A DNA stretch of 64,000 nt from the human T2T-CHM13v2.0 reference genome, Homo sapiens. Made by a program: the position numbers and the translations under genes. Shown here one piece after another: positions 43,261 to 57,729 of this stretch (the first letter of the stretch is position 1; each line of letters starts with the position of its first letter). The notes beneath the pieces are model-generated. The model ran no database searches. It was not told the DNA's origin and saw nothing but the letters and a program-made list of their open reading frames with translations. The stretch lies in the NCBI RefSeq assembly GCF_009914755.1, contig NC_060936.1; one strand, given 5' to 3'.

Positions 43261-45519
43261 ATGAGGAAAATCTAACTCAAATCATCTGAAACTGAAAGAA
43301 AAAATATGCAATTTGACCAACTTGCATATGTAATTTGTATGCCAGAGTTACTAGGTTAAACAAATAAAGCAGAAAAAGGCTTCTTTATTGATCAAAGCTC
43401 TTGATTATTAAGTAATGTGTATTGCTCTTGGAATCTTCTTTAAATTAGAATGTCTATGATTAATTTCCACATGGGATAAGCAACTTTGAGAGTCTGCTGG
43501 GAGTATCTGTTGTTCTGTTAGCAGGGGGCTCATTAACAGGAAAGAAGGGCAGGGATACAGAAGCAAAACAAACATGGAATTCCATGAGCTCGGACACAAA
43601 CATCAGGGACAGGCTCAGCAGTGATGGTTTGACATTCATTCTGGAACGTCTCCTACTACAAGTATGTGGGTGTCTGTTACTAAAATTTAGAAAAAAATAA
43701 ATCTCAATATTTTATAAGATAAATAAAGTCCTACTCTGGTCTTAAGGGAGCTCTCAAAAAGGAACAGGATAGAAGACTTTGGTCACAAGGCAAAGTCCCA
43801 TTAGGGGAGTAATTTCTTTAAGACTTGTGTACAGACCCTAATATCAAAGTGTGGGGGAGCCAATCCCAGGACATAAAATGAAAACATGTATTTTCTTTAC
43901 AGAAACCTGGAATATGTGTTGACCTTCTAAGGCCTAACATTAAAAAAAAATAAGCTTTGGCAATATTCACCTGACTCTGGACTAAAAATAAAATCGACAT
44001 ATTCTCTAAAAAAAATCCAAGTTTTGTGTTCATAGACCTAGTCATAATAGAGAGAAAATTTAAGGGCAAGAAAGTTTCTCCTCTTTAAGTGGTAGCATAG
44101 AAATAGTGGTGTTAGTTGAAAATGCTAGTGCCTCATTAAAGAAATACATTTTATCATCTGCCAGATCCTGAGATTCTTGGCTCTGGTTTCTTAGGCATAA
44201 AAAAATCATAGTCTGAATAGCGTTTCTTAAAATGATTTTCTACTCCCTTCCCATTCTTACAAAGGAATAGTTCTCAATTATGTCATTAGATACTTTGAAA
44301 TGGTAAGGGAAAATTCCTCCCAAGTAGTCAAAAACAAACATTAATTTGTAGGATTTTATTTGGAAGGAAAGTGCACTGGGAGAGGCGAAGCCAAAGCAGA
44401 AGACTCTCTGTAAATGTATGAAAGCTAAACTATTCCTTGGATTTATATCCAACAGACTCAGAATGGAAATGAATCTCTTAAAAATATCCTGCCCTGCAGA
44501 AATACTCCTTACTCAACAGTAGGCCAAATTATGTCCCATGTCCTTTCACTTAAAATTTCTAACACTACTTTAAGAATATAACAAAAACAAAGAGAATCAT
44601 TAGGAAATATAAAAATGCACAAAGCTTTTCAAGTCTATAATACCAAAGAATCAGTGGGCTCCCCTGGAACTGCTAGCACTCATTTTTAATAAGCACACCT
44701 TGAAATATATGCATTCTAAGATGCAGCAGTTTTATCTTAGTTTTCTTGTTAAAGATGAAATGGAAATTCAGATTTATTGGTATTATCAATAGTATAGTAA
44801 ATGATATATTCCTTTTATTTATTATAATTTGTTCTTTTATATTCTTTTTATGCTGAAAAGCATCTCTGTAGTCCTACGTCAAGAAACTCTTCCACTCAAT
44901 GTACTTAAATTTTGTCTAAAAAAATGAAGAATTGTTTCCATAATTAGGAAATGTTTAGGATGAACTGACAAAAAAGATAGGAATTTGTAAATCCATCAGC
45001 ATTTTTATATTAAATATCTTCTACCTCCAGGATATCTTCAGTTATTTTCCATAAATCGGGAAGTCACTTCTCATTCTTTTTGAATGCCATCATTTTGTTT
45101 TTATAAATACTATATTTGAATTTAGAAGAAGATCCTTCCCTGTGATAAGGCTATCAATTAGCAGACAGTATGGACACTATAATGAAGACTTAGAAGCAGA
45201 CAACTAAAACAAAGACAAAGTGATACTTCTATTATAGATTCATATTTTTACTAGGGAGGATTATGGAGTCTCTTTCCCTGAAAACATCTAGGTTTTGTTT
45301 ATACATGCACCTGATAAAGATCATAAAGTTGGAGCTAGAGAAATAGGTGACAAGAATAACATTTTTGGGTGCTCTCCAGTTTTATGATTCTACCTGTTTT
45401 TCTAAAATATGTTATTTTTGTTTCTTCTATTTAAAAATATAGAGATGAAAAGAAATGTTCTGTTTCACACCCACATTTCCTCAAATCCTACAGTATTCAA
45501 GCTACTCTTCTAGCATCAT

Positions 45520-45549
45520 GTTTTGTTTTGTTTTGTTTTGTTTTGTTTT
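45520..45549. repeat. (GTTTT)6
   Basis: Seen directly. Confidence 0.9.
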
Positions 45550-46172
45550 CATATTCTACAGGTAGAAAGCTATAGAATAAAAGGAATATGCTGTATTACC
45601 CCAAGCCAGGACCAACTTCAGACACTACTAACACAATATCCCTAACAAGACTTTAGATGATACTAAAAGAGTGGTATTTCATACAACAAAAATATAGAAA
45701 ACTTCTTTGATGTAGTTCTCAATTGTACTTCTCAGACATGTGAAGAAGCTCATTTATATTTAATAGTCCCATGTCCTAGAACTCTAAATCTATCTCTGAA
45801 AAAAATCACATTATTTATGTTATTATTTTTCTATTCAAAAATCTATCATCATATATCATTTAGGGACTGTTTCTCAGATTGACCATAGTATTTCACACAA
45901 ATTTTGAGCATAAATACTAAGTATAAATGTAGCATATACTCATTTTTTAGGATTTTTATCTTCCAAATTGGAGTATATATTTATCCAGAGCAAGCAGGTG
46001 TTTTTTTTCTTTAGAACAGATTAAGAAATAACTACCAAATCAAGAAGATATGATTTTGCTAATGTTTTGTTGTATTTATGGTATACTTATCAAAAAAATG
46101 AGAGTCAAAGAAATTTTTAAAAGTAAACTTAAGACATAAAAATATTTTATTTCACAAATAGCCACCGTTTAC

Positions 46173-46298
46173 CTGTACATGAATAATCATCAATTCTGAT
46201 GTATCCAGTTTTGCAGATGCACATAAAAGAACCCGGGGTGTTGACACACATTGTATTTTCACGACAGTAATGGCGCCCTTCAGCACACTCATCGATGT
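46173..46298 (-). CDS. NELL2: Internal coding exon (126 nt, phase 1-1) encoding a calcium-binding EGF-like domain
   Basis: The - strand reads TTTTTCTTCACAG|AC ATC GAT GAG TGT...TCA TGT ACA G|GTAAAC, with a polypyrimidine tract, AG acceptor and GT donor. The peptide has 6 Cys, the DIDEC start and a CxNTxGSFxC hydroxylation motif. It matches NELL2 rather than NELL1 from recall. Confidence 0.96.
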
Positions 46299-47429
46299 CT
46301 GTGAAGAAAAACAGGACAAAGAGGTCAACAGTGGGCAATATTCTGGAGCTCCTATATAATTTTCTTTGGTAGGGAGAGGGAAGTATTTACTAAATGAATA
46401 GCATTTCAGAAAAGCATTCATGATATCTCCTTTGCTAGGAGTGTTTAATGTTCAAATGACAAAAATCATGAGTTTTTTTCCAACAGCTCTTCTTGGAGTT
46501 TTGAAGAAGTCTGTCTATTTTAACTTCCATCATCTAAATATCTTTTGAAATTTTCAGCGCATTCATCTGCCTATGCTTGATAAAATGAATCAGAATGCAA
46601 AGACTGGGCTGCCTTAGTATCCTGCAATCTTCAATCACAGAGCCTGCCACATATTATTGTTTGATTCACCAGCTATTCTGTACAGTTGAGCAGACCCTGA
46701 AAGAGGAAAATAAAGTGTTCGATATAAACCAGAATTGTAACAACTTCACTTAAAGATATGAAGCCAATTGCACGAGCTTATTAGAGATAAAAGTAGACAT
46801 ATAGCTATCCCAGTAAGTATCTAAATACAGATAAAGTTACAATAGAGACCTGATATAGATGAGAAGTTACAAAATAGTAAAATAAGATATTATATTAAAG
46901 ATCTTACATGGTAATTCACACACTGAGTTTTGAGTATGTATAATGACTTCTGGATGCTAACCCATAAGAAGCACTGCTACTCATTGTGAAGAATGTGAAT
47001 TTTCACATTCACATTTCACAATGAAACTGTCCTCATTTAATAGCATCTCTCTGCATAGAACATAAATCATTTTACAAGTATTTAAGGACCTTAATGCATT
47101 GGTCAGACAAGGAATTTCCCATCCAGAAGTCTGCATTCTCATATCCTTCTAATGATTCCACAAAGTAGCACTGAATTCATTTATACTGTTAAGAGAAATG
47201 GATCAACTATAAGAGATAGCTAGGTGATACACCACTACAGGGGCCATGTCATTTGTGTAAGCCCAACTATGTTCCCCGCCCTGAGAATGTCAAAAGAAAT
47301 AATTGACATAATCTCAGGAATCTATATTTTAGAACTGTAGGGTTCTTATCATTCATCTGAGCTAACTATTTATTTTATAGAGGGACAAAACTGAGTCCTA
47401 GAGAAACTCAATTTTCTATTCAATTCCAT

Positions 47430-47860
47430 GGACAGCATAATAAATTCCAAACCTCTTATCTGAGCCTACAAAATGTTTCCTGGTTTGGTCTTTACTTTTC
47501 CAATTTCACATCTGATGACCTCACTCCCTTCTCCCCTCTCAGTGTTCTGGCCACATAGTTTCTAACCTACCTGCTCTTTCTTACCTATCATCCTTTATAC
47601 ATACTGTTCTCTCTACTTATAACTGCTATACCTTCTCTCCCTGACACCATCCCAGTGGATCTTGTTTACCGGTAGATTAATCCCTCAAGAATCTATTTAA
47701 ATGTCCCTCCTACAAAAACTTCCCTAATGAACTAAAATACTCCCAACGCAGTGCTACCTCAGGATTTTGTAAATGTTTCCATTATAGATGCATCAATTGT
47801 ATTTTTATTAATTTTTATAAATTTCTTTCTCCCAAACAAATCACATATTCCTCAATGGTA
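47430..47860 (+). mobile_element. L2 remnant
   Basis: cagcataataaattccaaacctctt...ttctggccaca...catactgttctctctac...tttaaatgtccctcct. Confidence 0.6.
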
Positions 47861-48048
47861 TAAATTATCTATTAGTGTTTCTTAACTTTGTCCATCATAT
47901 TCATCTGGGATGTTAAAAAACAAAAACAAAAAAACACTAGTTCTTGGGCCAATTGCCAAAAACCCATTCCAAATTCTAATTTACTTGTTTGTGGTGGAAC
48001 ACATGCAATGATTTTTTTAAAAAAATCTTCTCCATGATGAGTGTAATA

Positions 48049-48231
48049 CAGGGGTCAGGAAAATAAAAACTCTGTAAAGGGACAGATAGTAAATTTTCTA
48101 GACTTTGGAAGTCATGGGCAACACGTAAATTAATGAACTTGGCAGTGTTGGAATAAAAGTTCATTTACAAAAATGGATGGTGAGCCAGCCAGATTCGGCT
48201 CAGCTCACAGGTCATAAGTTGATGACTTCTG
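48049..48231 (+). mobile_element. MER58A-like hAT MITE
   Basis: caggggtcagg...ctgtaaagggacagatagtaaat...aataaaagttcatttacaaaaa...gttgatgacttctg. Confidence 0.75.
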
Positions 48232-48269
48232 ACGTAAGGCATAACCAAGTTTAACAATCACCACTAAGT

Positions 48270-51200
48270 AGGGTGAGGATTCAAGATGTTTACTAGAGGA
48301 GCCTGGTACTCATCTCCTCGACAGACAAGGATCATAACAGCGAGTAGATAGCCACATGTCAAATTGAGTTTCTAACAGATAACTCTGAAATTCAGCAGGA
48401 AAGTGTCAGAGAACCTCTGAGGCATGGGAGAGAGAAGTGAAGCAGTTGGCCCAGGCAAGATCAGCTCAAAGCCAGGAGGAACTATCTATTGTGAGGAAAG
48501 GTAAGTGAAAGATCTGCAGAGGTCCACATTCCTACCACAGACTCATATAATCCTAGCCACAAAAGAGACCCTGGGCCCTCACAGGCCCTGAGCCTAGCAT
48601 AGGAAACTGCCTAGAATCCATAGGATGGCATTGTTCCGGAAAGGGAGTTCACATAGGGTCCTACAAACCCTCCTGAGACCAAAGCAACTACAGCATGGTG
48701 CAGTTTTGAGAGGCCATCCCTCAAAAGACAACATCCTGTCCTGAGGCCCAAAAGCCCCTGCTTTTCTACATCCCTAGAGCACCATGGCATCCCTTCACAT
48801 CCATCCAGAGGGCTATGCTGCCATAATACCAGCTGGACCCATCAGTGCAAGCGGGTCCCCAGCACTCTAGTCCACACAATGTCCTACACACTGGGGAATA
48901 GATGATGCAACACACTGAGGAAGCAACCCCTGGGACAAAGGAAGCCAAAGCGTACCCTCCCTAGAAACTGAGAGCCGCCTGCCCAGGGTCACTGCCAATG
49001 ACAACGATCCTGCCCTCTCCAGCAGCAGGGCTACCATGTACCCATACTTGCCTTTAGGAGACCTCAGGACTGGCCATGTGCCCTCCTGGGGGCTGAGGAT
49101 AGGCTTGTCCCACCCAATGCCCCTGCCATCAGCACCCAAATGCTTTATCCAGGGACCTGAGGATTGATCCATCCTACCTACCACAGCCAGGGCCCAGGTG
49201 CACCATCATGGTTCTTGAGAGACCTGTCTCTCCTGCTGCCACCACTGCTGGTGCCCACGTGCACTATCACAATCTGGACATCATCCCACACTGCCCACTT
49301 ATGCTGGCCAGGAGCCTGGGTATAGGCCCGCCATGCCTGCTGCCACTGGAATACACGCACACTATCCAGGGACATTAAGGACAGGCCTACCCCACCCACC
49401 ATCACTACTCACATGTACCTCTTAGGGAACCCAGAAACCAGCATGCCCAACCCACTGCCACCACCGTTAGTACCTGGGCATGTGGCTCAGAGACCTGAGG
49501 GTTGGAAAACTGCCACTAGTGCCACCATCAGTGTCACAAATGCTGTCTAAGTGATCAAGGACCCACTCAGTTGGCCCACCACTGCAACTACCAGAACCTG
49601 AGCACACCACCCAGAGGCCCAAGAACAGGCCCACCCATATCTGCCACTGCTGGTGCCCATGAAGGCCACTGAGGGCCCAAGGACTAGCCACACCCAGCCC
49701 ACCAATGCACCACTGGTGCCCAGGGACCAGCCCACCTAGGATTCCCATTCCCAGCAAAGCATCACCAAAGCCTCCACTAACAATCACAGCTTAAGTCACT
49801 GAGGAACTCATAGATACCAATGATACTAATTATAGCCCGATAAATCATACAGACTACAATATTGTGCCTACCCAGAATCAAAGCAAAAGCATCTTACTAA
49901 ACCAACAATACGTACACATCTATAGAAAAAAGTCTTTCCCTACTAAAGCCAAACCATAAAATTGGAAGGAGAGGCTGTTACACCACATGCACAGATATCA
50001 ACATAAAGACATAAGAAACATGAAAAAACAAAGAAACATGACATCTCCAAAGGAACATCATAATTATCAAGTAACAGATCCCAACATAAAGGAAATCTAT
50101 AAAATGTCTAAAAAGGAATTCAAAAGAAAGACATTAGAGAAACTCAGTGAAATACAAGCAAACACAGATAAACAATACAAAGAAATCAGGGAAACAAGTC
50201 ATTATTTGAATAAGAAATTCAACAGAGATAGATGCCATAAAAAGAAAAAACCAGAAATCCTAAAAGGCAATGACTGAAAGAATAAAATAAAAAATGTAAT
50301 AGCTTCAACAATAGACTAGATCAAGGAGAAGAAGAAAGAATTTCTGAACTTAAAGACAGGGCTTTTGAAATAACTCAGTCAGACCAAAAATCAAAAGAAA
50401 TAAAACAGAATAAGAAGAATAAAATGAAATGAAGAAAGCCTAGGTGTCCTATAGGAAACTATATAGTAACTAAAATTTGAATTTTGGGAGTTCCAGAAGG
50501 AGAAGAGATGAACAAATGCATCAAAAACTTATTTAACAAACAACAGCTGAAAGATTCCCAACTCTAAACATCCAGATACATGAAGCTCAAAGATTCCCAG
50601 ATAGCTGTAATTCAACAAGGTCTTATTCAAGGCACGTTATAGTAAAACTGTCAAAAGTCAAAGACAAACAGCAAGAACAAAGCATCAAGTCACATATAAA
50701 AGAATCCCTATCAGACTACCTTGATTTCTCAGCAGAAAATTAGAGGCCTGGAGAGAAGGGAGTGATGTATTCAAAGTGCTGAAAGAGAAAAACAACAACA
50801 ACTGGTAGCCAAGAATACTATACCCAGAAAAGCTATCCCTCAAAAATGAAGGGTAAAGAAATTCTTTCTCAGATGAGAAAATAATGAAATAATTCATCAT
50901 CGTTATACCAGCCCTACAAAAAATGTTTAAGGTAATCCTATATCTGAAAGTGAAAGAAAGATATCTACCATCATGAAAACACAAGAAAGTATAAAACTCA
51001 CTGGTAGAGCAGATATACAAATAAGAAAGAGAAAGGAGTCAAATATTATCACTATAAAAAAACCCCATCAAATTGTAAAGTAAACAACAGAAGAGGAAGA
51101 AAGAATATGTAGAACAATCAGAAAATAATTAACAATATGACAGAAATCCCCACCTATTAATAAAAACCTTGAAAGTAAATGGCTTAAATTCATCAATTAA

Positions 51201-52508
51201 AAGATATAAAACAGCTGAATGTATTAAAAAACAAGATGCAAGTACAAGAAACCTATTTCATCTATAAAGATACACATAGACTAAAAGAGAAGGGACGAAA
51301 AAAAATCCATGCAAATGAAAACCAAAAGTGTGAAGGAGTAGCTATGTTTATATCAGAAATTGACTTCAAGTTAAAAAACATAAAAAGGGCCAAAGTAGGT
51401 CAATATAGATGACAAAGGAATCAATTCAGTAGGAAGATACAACAATTGTAATTGTATACGCACCTAACACAAGAGCACCCAGTTATATAAAGAAAATACT
51501 ATTATAGCTAAAGAGAGAGACCCCAATATAACAATAGCTGTGAACTTCAACACCCTCGTTTTAGCACTGGGCAGATCATATAGACAGAAAATCAACAAAG
51601 AAAGATCAGACTTAATCTGCACTACATACTACATGGAGTTAACATTTACAGAAAATTTTACCCAATAGTTGCAGAATAAATATTCCTCTACCGATACATG
51701 GAAAGTTCTCCAGGATAGAACACGTTAGGCCACAAAACAGGTCTCCAAAAGTTTTAAAAATTGAAACCATATCAAGTGTCTGCTCAGAACACAATGGAAT
51801 TAAACTAGAAATCAATAACAACAGAAATTCTAGAAATTGTACAAATACATGGAAATTAAGCAACATGTTCCTGAGCAACCACTGGGCCAATATAGAAATT
51901 ACGAAGACAATAAAAAGTTCTCTCTAAGCAAATGAAAATGAAAGCACAACACAGCAAAACCTAAAGGATACTGTAAAAACAGCGCTAAGAGGGAAACTTA
52001 TAGTAATAAATGCCTACATCAAAAAGTAGAAATATTTCAAATAAACAATATAGCAATGCACCTCAAGGAACTGCAAAAGTGAGAACAAACCAAACCCAAA
52101 TTAGTAGAAGAAAAGAAATGACAAAGATCAGACCAGAAATAAAACAGAGACTATCAGACAATACAAAGAATTAACAAAATGAAATGTTGGCTTTTTAAAA
52201 AGATAAAATAAATTATTACATAGAATAACAAAGAATAAAAGAGAGAAGACCAGATAAACAAAAATGGGGACCATGTAACTGATACCACAGAAATAGAAAG
52301 GATCATAAAAGACTATTATGAATTGCTGCATGTTAATAAATTTAAAAACTTAGAGGAAATGGATAAATTCCTGGACACATACAACCTACCAAGACTGAAC
52401 CAGAAAGAAATAAAAAACCTGAACAGATCAATAGCAAGTAACAAGACTGGATCGGGAATAAAAAGTCTCCCAACAGAGAAAATCCAAAGACAAAATGGCT
52501 TTACTGCT
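48270..52508 (+). mobile_element. 5' half of an old L1 (L1M1/L1M2/L1MA class): 5'UTR, decayed ORF1, and ORF2 endonuclease region
   Basis: caagatg-type start, GC-rich subrepeated UTR to ~49900, ORF1-like peptide (49987..50277), ORF2 peptide NLEEMDKFLDTYNLPRLNQKEI (52323..52511). It stops abruptly at atggcttttactg. Confidence 0.88.
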
Positions 52509-52875
52509 TAATTAGACCCAGACCCTCTGAAAGCCATAGTAGGAGTCCCCTGGGCTTAAGCTTGTGAGCTAGAGAGGGTCCCATCAACAAGTCCATGTGC
52601 ACAAAGATATGAACAATTTACCCATGGGGATGAAAGAGCCAATTATAAGAAACAATTCAGTGAAAACACCCTGGTTATCAGAGAGAGGAATTATTTTGAT
52701 CACACTGTGGCATTTCCTCAAACAAAAGTGGTTCCTGGTGAGAGATGATAGTTCCTGGTACAGATAGGAAAGCAGCTTCAGTGTCTAGAACAGGACAGTG
52801 AGTCCCAGCTGGAGCAAACGTTAATTACATTAGGCAACATAACTCTCTCCAAAGACAAAATAATATCCCATAGAA

Positions 52876-53221
52876 CAGGGGTCCCCAACCCCGGGATGGC
52901 GAACCAGTACCAGTCCCTGATTTGCTAGGAAGTGGGCCGCACAGCAGGAAGTGAGTGGCAGGTGAGTACTACTGTCTGAGCTCCTTCTCCTGTCAGAGCA
53001 GAGGTGGCATTAGATTCTTATAGGAGTGCAACCCCTATTGTGAACTGTTCATGTGAGGGATCTAGGTTGTGTGCTCCTTATAAGAATCTGACTAATGCCT
53101 GATGATCTGAGGTATAACAGTTTCATCCCGAAACCATCCCCAGAGCCCTCACCCCTGGTTCCGTGGAAAAATTGTGTTCCACAAAACCAGTCCCTGGAGG
53201 CAAAAAGACTGGGGACTACTA
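52876..53221 (+). mobile_element. MER1B (hAT-Charlie)
   Basis: caggggtccccaacccc...ggggactacta; 8-bp TSD ccatagaa / ccatagat. Confidence 0.9.
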
Positions 53222-56200
53222 CCATAGATGTAGCCTACCCCAGCAGAAGTAGCTATCAAACTTTGTTAATTGAACTCATAAGTATGTGTGAAATACCTCA
53301 GATATCTCCCAAGAATACTTAAGAGATGGGAACTTTGATGGCACTAAAGTTCTGTGAGAGAGGTGGGGAAAAGAGCCAGTGAATTAGAATTATTTCTGTT
53401 AATGTGACCCTATTTACAGCCACAATGGTGGATAATTTTATTTATAAACATAAATGGAGATGATTGTGCAAGAGTAAATTGGCCTTCTAAAAACTGTCTC
53501 TCAATGTTCAGTGTTGGGTCTACATCCCAGAGGCTTAGGAGACAGTGACTTGTCCAATCTTCTTTTATAGATGTTTCCCTTTTAAGCTATCATAGGGTCA
53601 GAGAAAACTCCACGTAGGATCATAAAGCAAAAACAAAAAGGCTATTGAATATGAAACCTTTTACGAACTCAATGATTTGGATCTCATAGACATATAAGAT
53701 TCATGACCAAGAGATCTAAAGTGTCAGCCTATTACTTGGAGTAGTGTTGTGAGACAGAGCGAAGTAAAAATAGCAAAAAATACCACCATAACTCTGTAGA
53801 TCTAATTGCCGCTTGCCTTTTTTGATTTCTCACGCCCTGTCTGCAGAGGAAGAACTCCCCAAAGAGTTGCGTTTATGTACTGAAATTGCAAAGTTACATA
53901 AAAGTCATTTCCATTTACATGTACAGATATTTACAGGCATAAAAATGGCATGACTAAAAAGTAATCTGGTGGAAAATCATGTCAAATTTAGTCCAGGGTG
54001 TATTTTAGTTCCAAATCCCAATTCAAAAACCTAATATAAGTCAAATTCTCACAATTCATTTTCAATTCTCTACACATTCACTGAGTATATTCTATGTACA
54101 AAGGCATTTTATTGGATTTTCTGATGGCCCTATGGGGTAGAACCACAGCGACAAGTGGATAGTATCAGGGGTAGGTTTTGACTTATTATGACTTTCTACT
54201 AAGCAGAAAGAACTGCACAGGTTTTGATTAGGCTGCCAAGTAGAAATATTCTGACATAAGCTGGTTATGTTGTAGAGAATTAAACAAAGAGTGCCCCACT
54301 GGGCCACATGGACCTTCGCATCCCATCCAAAATTTATTACAGAGTTAAGGGATAGACCCTGCCTTAAAAGGGCTTACAATCCAGGAAATGGATGATGATC
54401 ATTATCACTGTCAACCAGTTAGCTGCCTTCTATATTTGAAGCCAGCATTTCACAAGCAGCATTGCTTAAAGAGCAATATCTCTAATAGAGGTTCATGGTT
54501 CCTTGAAAACAAAATATTACATGGTCAAATAAGTTTCAAGACCACTATATTACTATAGTTCTTCCTAGTTGCCTTCTAAACACTCATAATGTACATAAGC
54601 TAATTATGAGCTCTGAGACACTTTAAAAAAAAAAACTTCATTCATTTACTCAACGAGTATATAATGGACATGCACTATGTTCCAAGTACTGCATTAGGTG
54701 ACAAAGATAAATTCTAGCTGGAGAAAATAACATATACATGATAACATTATAAAGTGATGCATACTATATAACAGAAACATATACATTGTGCATTGAATAG
54801 GGAGCAACAGACTTTTTTTAAAACACAGTGCTTATTTGTTCTGAGAACCCATTAATGCAGAACACATTTGGGAATTTATATCTGGTGATATAAATAATTT
54901 TCTGACTCTGCCCCCTCCTACCAACTTGAGAAGCTGATAGCGAAATTAAAAATCCAAGATATATTTACATGAATAACAACATGAGTTCCTACATTGTAAG
55001 TGCCAAAAAACCCACACACATACACACACAAATCCTACAGGGACTGATATTCAGAGAAAGGTTAATGACTAAGAGTAGAGATATCCAGGGAAAATATAAC
55101 GGTGTGGCAGGGCTTCAGGTGGATTTTGAAGAAATCCCCTTCACTTATAATGTAAGACCTCATGTTATTTTGCTGCAGAAGGAGCAAAAACATGAAATGT
55201 TCAGGAACAATAAATAATCCATTTAATTAGCATTTGTGCAGGAAAATAATGGAAATACAATTATGGGAAAGGGGACATAATGTGAATGTATTTAAATGAC
55301 CAACAAATACGAGGACAGCACTGTCTTTGTAGTGATATAAAGACATTAAAGCATTTGGAAGAAGCGGGTAGGGAGGAGGTATAGGTATATCTTATGAGAG
55401 TTGGTAAAATGGCATAACTGAGGAATTGGTAAGAAGTGCATTCAAGGTAAGAAGACCTTTTATGAATTAATAAAAGTCCGAGTCTTAAGTGGTTACTAAT
55501 CTTAAGTAATCTACCCAGTCCAAATTTCTTCATATGGTATCTTCATTGGTATCTGAAAGTATTTTATTAAGTTTTTTTTAATATATCTGCTAGCTATGTC
55601 CTTTGGAATATAAGATTCAAGAGGGTAGAGAGCTTGTCCACAACAAAGGCTGGCCCTGAATAAATATCTGTTGAATGAATCAGTGAATCTTTTTATGGCT
55701 TTTCCTTTAAAAGGACAAAGGGGAAAGTGTCCTCATTTACAATGGTCTGATGTGAAGCTCAACGTGGCAGAGTGAATTCATTGTCTTCTGAGCACACTGC
55801 CTGGGCATTTACTTAGACATGGGCTTTTGTATGAATAGCAAATACAAGCCATCCTGGTGAAACAGTCTTGCATAGTAAAGGAAAAGTGGGGTGAGAATAA
55901 AGAAGCCTGAACTCTGGACCTGCATTTATTACAAACCTGACAAGCATTTAGTCCCTTCAGACCTTAATTTCATCATTAAAAGATAATTTTCAAGTCACTA
56001 CTAGCCACAAAACTTTGCAATTCCAACAAAGGGAACGTCATCTATGTGGCTGCAGTGGTTTCTGATTCTCCAGGATTTTGTAAGCTATACAGTCATATTC
56101 TACCACATTTAAAAAGCAAAAGTAAACAGTGTTTCTTATACTTGAACAGCTTCTCTTGCCCCAGGATAATTCAAGCTGGTCTATTTTAGAAACTAGAATT

Positions 56201-57729
56201 TATACATTTATAAATTCCCTTTTATCCTATTTGAAAGATGAGGCCAACTTTGTAATTATTCGGAATCATAGATTTTTAGATCTGAGAGGAACTTTAGAAA
56301 TCATCTAACCCCAGTAATTTAGAATTGAAGAAACAGAGGCACAGAGAAGCCAGAAACAAATTAAAGAGGAGGCAGGTATGGGATCACAAAGCTTTTGTGA
56401 GCCATATTAAAGAATTTGGACTTCATCCTATGTAAAATGGGAAAGGTTTTAAGAGGTGATTAACTGAATCAGATCTGTGTTTTTGGAAGATCCCTCTAGG
56501 ACAGGCTTATATAGTTAATGAGTGGCAGCCATAACAAGAGCAACATTTCTAGACCCCAGGTTTAAAATTAGTCTATGGACTCAACGTCCAGACGAGTCTC
56601 AGAGGCAGTGAGCACTCAGGCATGACACTCCCTTTCCTGCCACATTATACCTAGGATGTCACTGGTGCTGTTTTGTTTTTTAAAGTATAGTGTATTTCCA
56701 AAGCTACATTTATCTTGATTATATCCTGTAAAAAGATTATATTAGTATGTTAATGAACACTAATGCCTTCTTGATCACCCAATAAAATCTTGAAGTCATG
56801 CAGCTCAATTGCAAAGACTCCACATATTGAAAAATAATACAGATCAATATGGGTTATTGCTAAGTCTTGACTCACCAGCTGTGAAATACTGGCTGGCAAA
56901 GTTGGCAAAGATATCAATAAAATAATTCACAAACTAGGATAAAGACTAAGTTCTAAGAAATGTAATTCTGGAAAGAGATTTGAGAGTAACATTTGGGAAG
57001 ATAAGAATTTTTTTAAATATAAAATTTCTAAGTTTAAGTAGGCTGCTCAGTGAAATACCAGTAAAGAATAAATTAAAATATCATTTACAAATAAGCTAAC
57101 ACTGAAAGGAACTGCCAGCTATCATATGCTTTAAAGTCAGTGGCATTAATGAGTTTGTTTACCATATATTAATTTCTATGTATTAAAAACTGTATTCATC
57201 TGAATGTATGATTGAAGGATAAGACTGAAACATATGATTTTCTTGACATCTCAAAATAATGGCCACAAATTTGCTTCATTCATTTTGTAATTTCATTCAT
57301 TGTAAATTGTATGGTACATTCCTCAAAAAGAGTGAAAGCTCTGGCATTATATCAGCTTTCTTGCTAGTCTTGATAGAATATATTATTCTTAGCTTTGGGA
57401 TTCCTGAATTAAAAAAAATAGAGACATGCACTAGGAAAATCTCAGACAGGGTTGAGAGTGTATCATAAATAACACACATGGAGAAAAATGAGAGAATGTG
57501 GAATGTGGGGAACAAAGGCATGTGTAGATTTGTCCATATAATAGTTTCTGACTTCCTACTATGTCCAAGGTACTATAATAACTTAGATACCAACAGCATA
57601 GCCTGAATGAAACAGATGCAGTATCTGTCTTTGCAGAGCTTAGGATCTGACAAAAGAGACAACTAGTAATTTTAAAAAATGGAATGGGAGTTTGAGAAGG
57701 ACAGCGCCATCTGGAAAGCAAAGTGAGGG

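Noticed and set aside
46147-46421. Extended ORFs around the exon (63 aa and 89 aa)
   Set aside because: Splice sites limit coding to 46173-46298; the extensions are intronic and the 89-aa frame is an alternative frame.
48766-49787. Cluster of Gly/Trp-rich - strand ORFs
   Set aside because: Antisense translations of the GC-rich L1M 5'UTR subrepeats.
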